Part shown: piece by piece, positions 9,204-16,473 of the stretch | Layout of the letters: the number at the start of each line of letters is the position of its first letter | Numbering within the stretch: position 1 is the stretch's first letter | Made by a program: the position numbers and the translations under genes | DNA from: a virus | Lineage: Duplodnaviria > Heunggongvirae > Uroviricota > Caudoviricetes | IMG/VR virus record: IMGVR_UViG_2695420855_000005 | Span: 1 to 18,451 of that record | Direction: 5' to 3' (one strand) | DNA: 18,451 bases | Notes under the pieces: model-generated | Seen by the model: the letters and a program-made list of their open reading frames with translations, nothing else | Told to the model about the DNA's origin: nothing | Database searches by the model: none

Positions 9204-9893
9204 CTAACCAAATCTGTTGATATTGAATGGTACAGATGAGATGACTTTTGACTGGATATACAGCAGCGCCATTCCCTCTTTTTCGATGCTCCACGGCTGA
9301 TAGTTGGGATTGTCTGATAAGACCATGATCTTGCTTCCAATTTTTTGAAGTCGTTTGACGTAACATTCGCCATCAAAGCAAAATGCATAAATGCCATCAC
9401 CGTCAAAATAAGTTACTGTTTTATCTAAAAACAGTAAGTCACCTGGGGCGATTGTTGGGGCCATGCTGTCCCCTCTGGCGTTACCGATTTCTATGTTCTT
9501 GAATGCTCTGTTACCGACCAGGCGGCGGGCATATTCAGGATCAAGTTCTATTGAGCGTACTACATCAATTAGATCTCCCCGTACATGAGTTCCGTCGCCG
9601 CAGCTGAATTCAACATCCAGCACATTGAACACAACGCTGTCTTCTCTTGTATGGTGTTTTTCAGCTGAAGAGTGTGTCGATGAGGTATCTTCACCCAAAA
9701 ACCAGGATTGTGGATAACCACTAATTACTGATAGCTGTGCAAGTTTATCGCTTCTGGGAAACGTCTTTCCTGTAGTCCAGTATTGTACTGATTGCGCGCT
9801 TACACCCAGCTTACGGGCTAGTTCAGCCTGACTCCAGCCTTTCGTTTTCAGCATCATTGCTATCCGATTTTCTGTGCTTTTTACATTCTTCAT
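9204..9893 (-). CDS. cI: Prophage CI-type repressor (N-terminal HTH_XRE + C-terminal LexA/S24 peptidase-like autocleavage domain)
   Basis: HTH ...WSQAELARKLGVSAQSVQYWTTG...; S24 region ...GDSMAPTIAPGDLLFLD...YVKRL... (Ser/Lys dyad); AGGA RBS before the ATG at 9891-9893; divergent from the cro-like gene. Confidence 0.9.
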   Translation of the reverse strand: MKNVKSTENRIAMMLKTKGWSQAELARKLGVSAQSVQYWTTGKTFPRSDKLAQLSVISGYPQSWFLGEDTSSTHSSAEKHHTREDSVVFNVLDVEFSCGDGTHVRGDLIDVVRSIELDPEYARRLVGNRAFKNIEIGNARGDSMAPTIAPGDLLFLDKTVTYFDGDGIYAFCFDGECYVKRLQKIGSKIMVLSDNPNYQPWSIEKEGMALLYIQSKVISSVPFNINRFG

Positions 9894-10025
9894 GGTGAGT
9901 TCCTGTCGAGGCTTTATACACATAAATATTAACTTGATTTTAGTGTATTCGATCCTTTTGAAACTTGCATGTTAATTTATTCTTGATATATTCTTGATTT
10001 GTAAAGTTAATATTGGAGCTGCGCT
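9894..10025. promoter_or_regulatory. Immunity-region intergenic (OR-like): divergent promoters and repeated CTTGAT motifs that are candidate operator half-sites
   Basis: AT-rich 132 bp between divergent cI and cro; CTTGAT three times (aaCTTGATttta, ttCTTGATatat, ttCTTGATttgt); possible rightward promoter TTGATA-n18-TAATAT. Confidence 0.5.
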
Positions 10026-10283
10026 GTGATAAAACTGAATGATTACGACATGTTGCGTAAATTGATCCCTCAAAACGCCATAGCGAGATACATCGGTGTT
10101 ACGCCACAAGCGGTGAACCTGTGGTTTTCTAAAAACTCCGTTCCTTCCCGTTTTGTTTTACGGGTGTGTGAATTGGTTGAATGGAAGGTTACTCCGCATG
10201 GGTTAAGACCTGATCTATACCCTTATCCCGAAGATGGAATTCCTGATTCGTTACGAAAATCAAACGGTATTACCAGAGATTAA
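10026..10283 (+). CDS. cro: Cro/YdaS-like small HTH regulator (GTG start; alternative ATG at 10050)
   Basis: 85 aa; HTH ...NAIARYIGVTPQAVNLWFSKNSVP...; GGAG RBS; divergent from cI. Confidence 0.75.
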   Translation: MIKLNDYDMLRKLIPQNAIARYIGVTPQAVNLWFSKNSVPSRFVLRVCELVEWKVTPHGLRPDLYPYPEDGIPDSLRKSNGITRD

Positions 10284-10364
10284 AGACTGACTGTCACGAG
10301 CAGTAACTCACGATGCATACGTTTTGGCGTGAGTTCTGAAATGTCATTCTCAAGGAGCAATCAG

Positions 10365-11072
10365 ATGAATACCGCAATTTTTACCGATAAAGCATCCATG
10401 ACCAGCGTTGAGATCGCAGAGCTGGTGGGTAAGCGTCATGACAATGTAAAACGCACTATTGAAACATTAGCCAAAGGTGGTGTTGTCCGGTCTCCTCAAA
10501 TTGAGGTTTCCGAAAGAATCAATAACTTAGGGTTTAAAGTTCAACACGAGCATTATCTGTTTGAAGGCGAACAAGGTAAGCGCGACAGTATCATTGTTGT
10601 CGCGCAGCTTTGCCCTGAATTCACCGCTCGCCTGGTAGACCGCTGGCGCGAACTGGAAGAACAAATCCGCAAACCAATGAGCCAGATCGAAATGGTTGCT
10701 GCAATGGCGCTTGAAGCTGTTCGCCAACAAAGACGTCTTGAGCAGGTGGAAGAGAAAGTCACCCACGTTACTGAAACTGTCGAACAAATCAAAAGAGGCG
10801 CCATACGCGATGGTTATGCAGGCTATCGTCAGCTGGCGGCGAAAACGGGTATGTCAGATGCGAAATGCCGCAATCTGGTGAACGCATATCAGATCCCTAC
10901 CGACACTCATGAATTTATGACGCCGGACGGATTGTTGTCGCGTCGTGCAATTGTTGCTGTAGAACCCTTCATGTCTGCTTTTCATCGCATGATGAGTGAA
11001 GCAGAACCACGAGGTACTCGCTGGTATCACCCGAAAATGGGGTTGTTCCAGGCGCTGGGCTGGCAGGTGTAA
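10365..11072 (+). CDS. Rha-family phage regulatory protein (antirepressor-like), 235 aa from the ATG with AAGGAG RBS
   Basis: N-terminal ...TSVEIAELVGKRHDNVKRTIETL... matches the Rha (Phage_pRha) domain as recalled. Confidence 0.8.
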   Translation: MNTAIFTDKASMTSVEIAELVGKRHDNVKRTIETLAKGGVVRSPQIEVSERINNLGFKVQHEHYLFEGEQGKRDSIIVVAQLCPEFTARLVDRWRELEEQIRKPMSQIEMVAAMALEAVRQQRRLEQVEEKVTHVTETVEQIKRGAIRDGYAGYRQLAAKTGMSDAKCRNLVNAYQIPTDTHEFMTPDGLLSRRAIVAVEPFMSAFHRMMSEAEPRGTRWYHPKMGLFQALGWQV

Positions 11073-11091
11073 TTATGCTCACAGGTAACAC

Positions 11092-11265
11092 ATGCAAGTA
11101 CTCAATCGCTGGTTCCGTGATGGAAGGGGGCGTCGCGTCCACGTTATACGCTGGGAGTCTGAAACACAGCGGGTTATTTACCTGCGTGATGGTTATCCGC
11201 ATGAATGCTTCAGCCCGCTGTGGTTGTTTCGTCGTGATTTTGTTGAGTGCGAAGCACCAGCATAA
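11092..11265 (+). CDS. Hypothetical small basic protein (57 aa, MQVLNRWFRDGRGRRVHVIRWESETQRVIYLRDGYPHECFSPLWLFRRDFVECEAPA)
   Basis: Not in the supplied track (<60 aa); same frame as the downstream FinO-like gene; weak RBS. Confidence 0.35.
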   Translation: MQVLNRWFRDGRGRRVHVIRWESETQRVIYLRDGYPHECFSPLWLFRRDFVECEAPA

Positions 11266-11328
11266 GCTTGAACTGCTTGAAAAACCTGGATATATCATTC
11301 TGATATCTAGAGTAATGGAGAATGGTAT

Positions 11329-11721
11329 ATGGGAAGAAAAGCAAGGCATCTTGCAAATAAAGAAATCATTAAAGTATTGGCTGAACGCTATCCAGAAAGC
11401 TTCTTTGTTATTCCATACAAAGTTGTTCCGCTTGTTCACGATATCGTTCATGAGCTTTTTGCCGATCTCGGACATATACCTAAGGAATATAAAAACAGCC
11501 TTCGAAGAGCCATCTATCAGTACAAAAGCTCCGCTGCATACCTTCAGTCAGTCGCGTTTGGAGAATATCGCCGCAATCTGGCTGGAAATCGTATTGTCAG
11601 AACTTCCGTATCTGAGCGCGAAGAAGCCAGAGCACAACTCAAAGAACGTGGTGTCTGGACTCGTCGTATGGAGCTCTTGTTCAAAGTTAATATGGGTAGA
11701 AAAGAAGCGTCTAATCGCTGA
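11329..11721 (+). CDS. FinO/ProQ-domain RNA-binding protein (RNA chaperone family), 130 aa
   Basis: ...KEIIKVLAERYPESFFVIPYKVVPLVHDIVHELFADL...LRRAIYQYKSSAAYLQSVAFGEYRRNLAGNRIVRTSVSEREEARAQLKE... aligns by eye with the E. coli ProQ N-terminal FinO domain (...KEVIAFLAERFPHCF...[49 protein letters not shown]...) from memory; GGAG RBS. Confidence 0.75.
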   Translation: MGRKARHLANKEIIKVLAERYPESFFVIPYKVVPLVHDIVHELFADLGHIPKEYKNSLRRAIYQYKSSAAYLQSVAFGEYRRNLAGNRIVRTSVSEREEARAQLKERGVWTRRMELLFKVNMGRKEASNR

Positions 11722-12013
11722 ATTTTATCAAAACATTGATTCCTCAATTTCGGGACGTTACACTGTTCAGGCACCTTATAAAGCGGGTGTCGGGATTGGC
11801 GTCCTGGAATTCAATATAGAGCATAACCGCGCTCATGCGGTCTTTTCGTATCATGAGCATTGCTACGTCCAAATTATGGTGGGGCGTGCAGGGGCATCGC
11901 AAGATGCGCCGGGTTCTATGTTGACCGGTTACGCCAACCCTGTACGTCTCACCACCTCTGTGATTGGCGTCCCATGTGGTGAGTTCTTTGAATTCAACAT
12001 AGGGGCTGTCACC

Positions 12014-12577
12014 ATGACTACTTTCCCAACTCTCTCTCAACCTGAAATTGCCATCGTTGATGGTCAGGCTGTTACATCTTCTTTGGCTGTTGCTGACTTC
12101 TTCTCTAAACGTCATGACGATGTTCTGAAAAAGATCCGCATTTTGGATTGTTCTCCAGAGTTTTGTGCCCGCAATTTTGCGGAGACATCAATTTTGGTAC
12201 GCCAGCCCAACGGCGGTACTCGCAAACTTCCCTGCTATCAAATCACCCGCGACGGCTTCGCATTCCTTGCTATGGGCTTCACTGGCAAGCGTGCCGCCCG
12301 GTTCAAAGAGGCATACATCAATGCCTTTAACCAGATGGAGAGGAGCTTATCAGGAGCTGGTGCGGCTGAGATGTCATCTGTCGCACAAAACGCCAGAGGC
12401 GTATACCTGCATTTGCGTGAAATCCATCAAATCTGGAGAAGCCAGCTTTATCCCATGCTTAAGGCTGTTGAATCTCCGCTGGCTGGCAAACTGTACGACC
12501 GTGTAGGTGATGCAGTTTTTGGTGCTGCACTTGTTGATTCCAGGCTGAATGGTTCTGACAAGGAGGTGCACCCATGA
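12014..12577 (+). CDS. Second Rha-family phage regulatory protein (188 aa); N-terminal extent uncertain because the frame stays open upstream
   Basis: ...QAVTSSLAVADFFSKRHDDVLKKIRIL... Rha-type motif; ATG preceded by AGGGG. Confidence 0.7.
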   Translation: MTTFPTLSQPEIAIVDGQAVTSSLAVADFFSKRHDDVLKKIRILDCSPEFCARNFAETSILVRQPNGGTRKLPCYQITRDGFAFLAMGFTGKRAARFKEAYINAFNQMERSLSGAGAAEMSSVAQNARGVYLHLREIHQIWRSQLYPMLKAVESPLAGKLYDRVGDAVFGAALVDSRLNGSDKEVHP

Positions 12578-12768
12578 TTAGTTACGAAATCATCATCTCC
12601 ACTACGGAATACAGAAACGATGTATCAGTTCGCACGGATGTATCTGTCTGGCATCGTCGCTATAAATCCAGAAAAACGGCGGAACTGAAAGCGGCAGGGA
12701 TGTGTGAAACCATCTCAATGAAAGGCAGCCCGGTTAAATACATCACAACGGCGGAGGTGCGTCCATGA
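12574..12768 (+). CDS. Hypothetical small protein (64 aa), ATGA-coupled to the upstream gene
   Basis: Start overlaps the Rha stop; no recognisable motif. Confidence 0.45.
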   Translation: MISYEIIISTTEYRNDVSVRTDVSVWHRRYKSRKTAELKAAGMCETISMKGSPVKYITTAEVRP

Positions 12769-12989
12769 TTCGTCGTGTTGTGAATTCTCTGTATCACCGA
12801 TACAACCACTGCCCCCGTGTGGGGCAGTGGTTCACCACCAGCAACGGCCACGTTCTGCGGGTTTGCCTGGTCAATGCAGAAAGTCAGAAGGTTGTCTGCC
12901 AGGTGCAGGGGCGTACTCATACCCTGAGTTATCCGCTGGTAGCGTTTCAGTCCGGAAAAATGTTTAAGCGTCTGGGAGGTGCCGTATGA
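12765..12989 (+). CDS. Hypothetical small protein (74 aa), ATGA-coupled
   Basis: Start overlaps the previous stop; its own stop overlaps the start of the replication initiator gene. Confidence 0.45.
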   Translation: MIRRVVNSLYHRYNHCPRVGQWFTTSNGHVLRVCLVNAESQKVVCQVQGRTHTLSYPLVAFQSGKMFKRLGGAV

Positions 12990-13912
12990 GTAGCAAGATC
13001 CTAGGTAATGTCTGGGATGCATGTGCAGCATATGGCATCAAAGGTGCAAAACTGATGATTATGGCGCGCCTGGCTGATTATTCGAATGATGACGGGGTGT
13101 GCTACCCAGGTGTTGAAACCATATGCCGACAGCTTGGGTTGGGAGAAAGTACAGTCAGAACGGCAATCTCCGAACTGGAAGCTGATGGCTGGCTGACGCG
13201 TCAGTCACGCCGCAAAGGTAACCGTAATACGTCTAATCTTTATCATCTGAATGCTGATCGGCTTGAGCTGCTTGCCAGAACAGAGCGGGATAAGGTTACA
13301 GAACTGAAACAGCAGCGCAGACTTTCAGCATTACGTGACCCTTCAGATTCTGAACCTTCAAAATCTGAACCGTCAGAATCTGTATGTTCAGGCGTGTTTG
13401 ACCCTTCAGATTCTGGCAAAAATACGCGTTTGACCCTTCAGAATCTGACCCCAGATCCACAAGGTTTAAAACATGAACCACCAGTAAATTCAAAACATGA
13501 TCCGCAAGATATTGGCGCATCCGCTGACGCGTCTGCACCAGCGCGTTCTGCACGACAGGAATATTCACCAGAATTTGAACAGGCCTGGCAGGAATATCCC
13601 AAACGTGCTGGTGGTAATTCCAAGTCAGCAGCCTTCAAAGCTTGGAAAGCCCGTATCAGGGAAGGTGTGACACCCGAAACCATGCTCAACGGTGTGAAAC
13701 GCTATGCCGCCTGGGTGCGTGTCTCAGGAAATACCGGCACCCAGTTCGTGAAGCAGGCGTCGACGTTCTTTGGACCCGATCGTCACTTCGAAGATTTCTG
13801 GCAACAGCCAGCAGCTCCCGGAGGTGGGCGACAGCGACAGGTCGATGTCCTGGCTGGCCTGGGAGCCATGTCTGACAAATTCGGTAAATCCAGTGACAAA
13901 TTGACATTCTGA
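12986..13912 (+). CDS. Phage replication initiator / replisome organiser (O-like: N-terminal winged-HTH, iteron-containing linker, conserved phage C-terminal domain)
   Basis: N-terminal ...GVCYPGVETICRQLGLGESTVRTAISELEADGWLTR...; C-terminal ...FEQAWQEYPKRAGGNSKSAAFKAWKARIREGVTPETMLNGVKRYAAWV... resembles the conserved C-terminus of phage replication proteins; GGAGG RBS; iterons inside the gene. Confidence 0.8.
   Translation: MSSKILGNVWDACAAYGIKGAKLMIMARLADYSNDDGVCYPGVETICRQLGLGESTVRTAISELEADGWLTRQSRRKGNRNTSNLYHLNADRLELLARTERDKVTELKQQRRLSALRDPSDSEPSKSEPSESVCSGVFDPSDSGKNTRLTLQNLTPDPQGLKHEPPVNSKHDPQDIGASADASAPARSARQEYSPEFEQAWQEYPKRAGGNSKSAAFKAWKARIREGVTPETMLNGVKRYAAWVRVSGNTGTQFVKQASTFFGPDRHFEDFWQQPAAPGGGRQRQVDVLAGLGAMSDKFGKSSDKLTF
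13336..13450. repeat. Iteron array (about 5 copies of a TGACCCTTCAGAWTCTG-like repeat) inside the initiator gene; candidate phage origin of replication
   Basis: TGACCCTTCAGATTCTGAAC / CTTCAAAATCTGAAC / CGTCAGAATCTGTAT / TTGACCCTTCAGATTCTGGC / TTGACCCTTCAGAATCTGACC, followed by an AAAACATGAWCC duplicate. Confidence 0.6.
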
Positions 13913-13922
13913 GGTGACAGCG

Positions 13923-14801
13923 ATGATGACACTTAACCTGCGTGAACAACAAACAAGACTACAGGCGCGGATGTATGAGTTACGGGCAGAGATTGCATTT
14001 GCTAAGAATGGCGAAAAGCCATGGCCTTATCGATCCTGCTGGATGCGTGAAGGGCGCGGGTGTTGCGAAAAACATGGCGAATACCACACACATATTCTGG
14101 TGTGGAGCGATCGTAATGGCGAGGACAGAGAAAAAATTTCATGCTGCCCTGACTGCTTGATAGCTGAGGCCAACGATTTGACCATGGAGCTGTCGTCCCT
14201 CAAGGCGGAAGAACTGACTGATAACGCCGGAATTGCTCTGCGTTTTCGGGACTGCGAGTTTGATAATTATCTGGAGGTTAATCCTGACGCAGCCAGAAAT
14301 CTTGCGGCCTGTCGCCGCTATGCGGAGAACTGGCCAGATATGCTGGAGAACGGTACCAGTCTTGTTATGACCGGCAGTTGCGGTACCGGGAAAAATCATC
14401 TGGCGGTATCAATGGCAAAACACATCATCCGTAACTATCTGGCCAGTGTGGAGATCACCGACGTGATGCGCCTTACCCGTGCTGTGAAAAACTGCTGGCG
14501 GAATGACAGTGAAAAAACAGCGGATGACGTCATTGAGCATTATGCGTCACTGGATTTGCTGATCATCGACGAAGTCGGCGTTCAGTTTGGCAGTGCGGCT
14601 GAAATGGCCATTTTGCAGGAAATTATCAATGCCCGGTATGAGGGTATTTTGCCAACTATCTTGATCAGCAACCTTTCACCGGAAGAATTGTGGGCGTTCA
14701 TCAGTCCCCGGATTGCCGACAGGATCACCGATGGCGGGCGCAACTGGTTGTCGTTTAACTGGCCCAGCTACCGTTCTCGTATCGGAGGTGTTGCCGCATG
14801 A
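13923..14801 (+). CDS. DnaC-like AAA+ helicase loader with an N-terminal Cys/His-rich segment (alternative GTG start at 13914)
   Basis: Walker A GSCGTGKNHLA and Walker B LLIIDEVG; Cys/His cluster ...CCEKHGEYHTH...CCPDC...; GAGG RBS before the ATG. Confidence 0.85.
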   Translation: MMTLNLREQQTRLQARMYELRAEIAFAKNGEKPWPYRSCWMREGRGCCEKHGEYHTHILVWSDRNGEDREKISCCPDCLIAEANDLTMELSSLKAEELTDNAGIALRFRDCEFDNYLEVNPDAARNLAACRRYAENWPDMLENGTSLVMTGSCGTGKNHLAVSMAKHIIRNYLASVEITDVMRLTRAVKNCWRNDSEKTADDVIEHYASLDLLIIDEVGVQFGSAAEMAILQEIINARYEGILPTILISNLSPEELWAFISPRIADRITDGGRNWLSFNWPSYRSRIGGVAA

Positions 14802-16198
14802 CCAGCCAGAACAACCCGGCATGGCGTAACGATGACCTGGAAGGTGCGGTGATTGGCGCGTTTTTTCTGCGTGGGGCAGATCCGGAAGTGATGGATATTC
14901 TGGCCACGCTTCCGGCGGATGTATTTTTCGTGCGTCAGTACCGGGATATTTACGCGGGGATTTGCAGACAGGCCCGCGTATCCGGCGTCATTGACCCCGT
15001 GCTGCTGTGCAATGAGATGCCGGAACTTGCCCCGGTGATTACTGACACCGGGCGCAAAACCTGGGTGAAGTCTTCACTGGAGCACTATGTTGCAGCGCTG
15101 CGGCGAAATGCCGTACTGCGCGATGCAGAAAAAACACTGACCGAAGCATTACAGAATTTACGTGATGCACATACCTGCGAAGCGGCAGAAGATGCCCTGA
15201 AGGATGCGCAGAACATGATGGCCTCATTGTCGACCGGAAAGGGCGTCATTCAGCCGGTTCACATTGATGATGTCCTTCCGGAAGTGGTGGGCCGTGTTGA
15301 ATGCCGGAATCAGGGACTGGAGAAATCCAGGGCGCTGATGACCGGTATTGATGAGCTGGACGCAAAAACGGGCGGTATGGAGCCAGGCGACCTGGTATTC
15401 ATTGCGGCTCGTCCTTCGATGGGGAAAACCGAACTTGCGCTGGATATCATCGACAAGGTGACTGAGCAGGGGCATGGCGTGCTTCTGTTCACCATGGAGA
15501 TGGCGAACATTCAGATTGGTGAACGTATGGTGTCTGCTGCCGGGGGAATGCCGGTATCCCGTCTTAAGTCAGTTGCCCGTTTTGAAGACGAAGACTGGGC
15601 ACGTTTCTCACAGGGCGTGGGACGAATGACGGGGCGTAATATCTGGATGGTGGACCAGGCAAACCTGACCATTGATGAGATATGTGCAACTACGAGGCAC
15701 CACCGGATGAAACACCCGGAAACGGCGCTGGTGGTGGTCGATTACCTCGGCCTGATTAAAACCCGCAGCATGGGGCGTCACGACCTTGCTGTGGGGGAAA
15801 TCTCAAAGGGACTAAAAAGCCTGGCAAAATCCGGCGGTTTTCCGCTGATTGCTCTGAGCCAGCTCTCCCGCGGTGTGGAATCCAGACCCAATAAACGCCC
15901 CATGAACTCGGACCTGAAAAACTCAGGGGAAATAGAGGCGGATGCAGACATCATTCTGATGCTTTACAGGGATGAGGTGTACAACCCGGAGACACAGGCG
16001 AGAGGCATAGCAGAAATCAACATCACGAAACAGCGTAATGGCACGCTGGGTACCATTTACCGGCGTTTTCATAACGGGCATTTTCTGCCTGTGGACCAGG
16101 AGAGTGCCCGGGTTCTTTCCACTCCCATGACGCCGGGCAATCCGCGCAGATACAGCAATAACCGCATGTCGGGTAGTAAAACGGAGCGTTTATTTTGA
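14798..16198 (+). CDS. DnaB-family replicative DNA helicase (phage-encoded)
   Basis: 466 aa; N-terminal DnaB-like domain and RecA-like C-terminal domain with Walker A ...ARPSMGKTELAL...; ATGA-coupled to the loader gene; GGAGG RBS. Confidence 0.9.
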   Translation: MTSQNNPAWRNDDLEGAVIGAFFLRGADPEVMDILATLPADVFFVRQYRDIYAGICRQARVSGVIDPVLLCNEMPELAPVITDTGRKTWVKSSLEHYVAALRRNAVLRDAEKTLTEALQNLRDAHTCEAAEDALKDAQNMMASLSTGKGVIQPVHIDDVLPEVVGRVECRNQGLEKSRALMTGIDELDAKTGGMEPGDLVFIAARPSMGKTELALDIIDKVTEQGHGVLLFTMEMANIQIGERMVSAAGGMPVSRLKSVARFEDEDWARFSQGVGRMTGRNIWMVDQANLTIDEICATTRHHRMKHPETALVVVDYLGLIKTRSMGRHDLAVGEISKGLKSLAKSGGFPLIALSQLSRGVESRPNKRPMNSDLKNSGEIEADADIILMLYRDEVYNPETQARGIAEINITKQRNGTLGTIYRRFHNGHFLPVDQESARVLSTPMTPGNPRRYSNNRMSGSKTERLF

Positions 16199-16452
16199 AC
16201 AACAGAACAACCACTGTTTCACCGGAACAACTTCGTCGGCAGGCGCAGGAGATGCTTCGTTGTGCTGAACAGATGGAAAAAACGAGCGTGAAAAAAGATA
16301 CGCTCCGCAAGCAGCTTACTCCGGCGCTTCGTGATCTGCTGCAGGCAAAACACCGCACACAAAAGGCGGTGGATGAGCTGGTGGATTGCGTGGCGGAACT
16401 GGAAGGACAGGTAAGCCAGTTTGAAATACTGGTGAAGGAGTTTACTGCGTGA
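16195..16452 (+). CDS. Hypothetical small coiled-coil protein (85 aa; TTG start overlapping the helicase stop)
   Basis: Charged, helix-favouring sequence ...EQLRRQAQEMLRCAEQMEKTSVKKDTLRKQLTPALRDLLQAKHRTQKAVDELVDCVAELEGQVSQFEILVKEF. Confidence 0.45.
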   Translation: MNNRTTTVSPEQLRRQAQEMLRCAEQMEKTSVKKDTLRKQLTPALRDLLQAKHRTQKAVDELVDCVAELEGQVSQFEILVKEFTA

Positions 16453-16473
16453 TGACTGATTTTTTTTCTCTGT

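Noticed and set aside
9115-9406. Minus-strand ORFs 9115-9366 and 9197-9406 overlapping the cI 3' end and the PL-like region
   Set aside because: Alternative frames of the cI gene and AT-rich intergenic DNA; the in-frame CI reading with HTH and S24 domains explains the region.
11075-12577. 500-aa plus-strand ORF spanning the small ORF, the FinO-like gene, the non-coding gap and the second Rha gene
   Set aside because: Only its last ~188 codons (the Rha domain, from the ATG at 12014) look protein-like. Upstream it runs in a different frame through the well-supported FinO-like gene and gives a low-complexity hydrophobic translation. The unusually long open alternative frame is noted, but I treat it as chance and as ambiguity in the Rha start rather than a real 500-aa protein.
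13336-13450. Possibility that the repeat cluster is a CRISPR array or VNTR
   Set aside because: Repeats are short, imperfect, contiguous without unique spacers, and lie inside a replication-initiator gene; the pattern fits ori iterons, not CRISPR.
13296-14399. Minus-strand ORFs inside the replication-initiator and loader genes (13296-13568, 13438-13689, 13686-13952, 14139-14399)
   Set aside because: Antisense to strongly supported replication genes; Cys/Arg-rich implausible translations from the GC-rich opposite strand.
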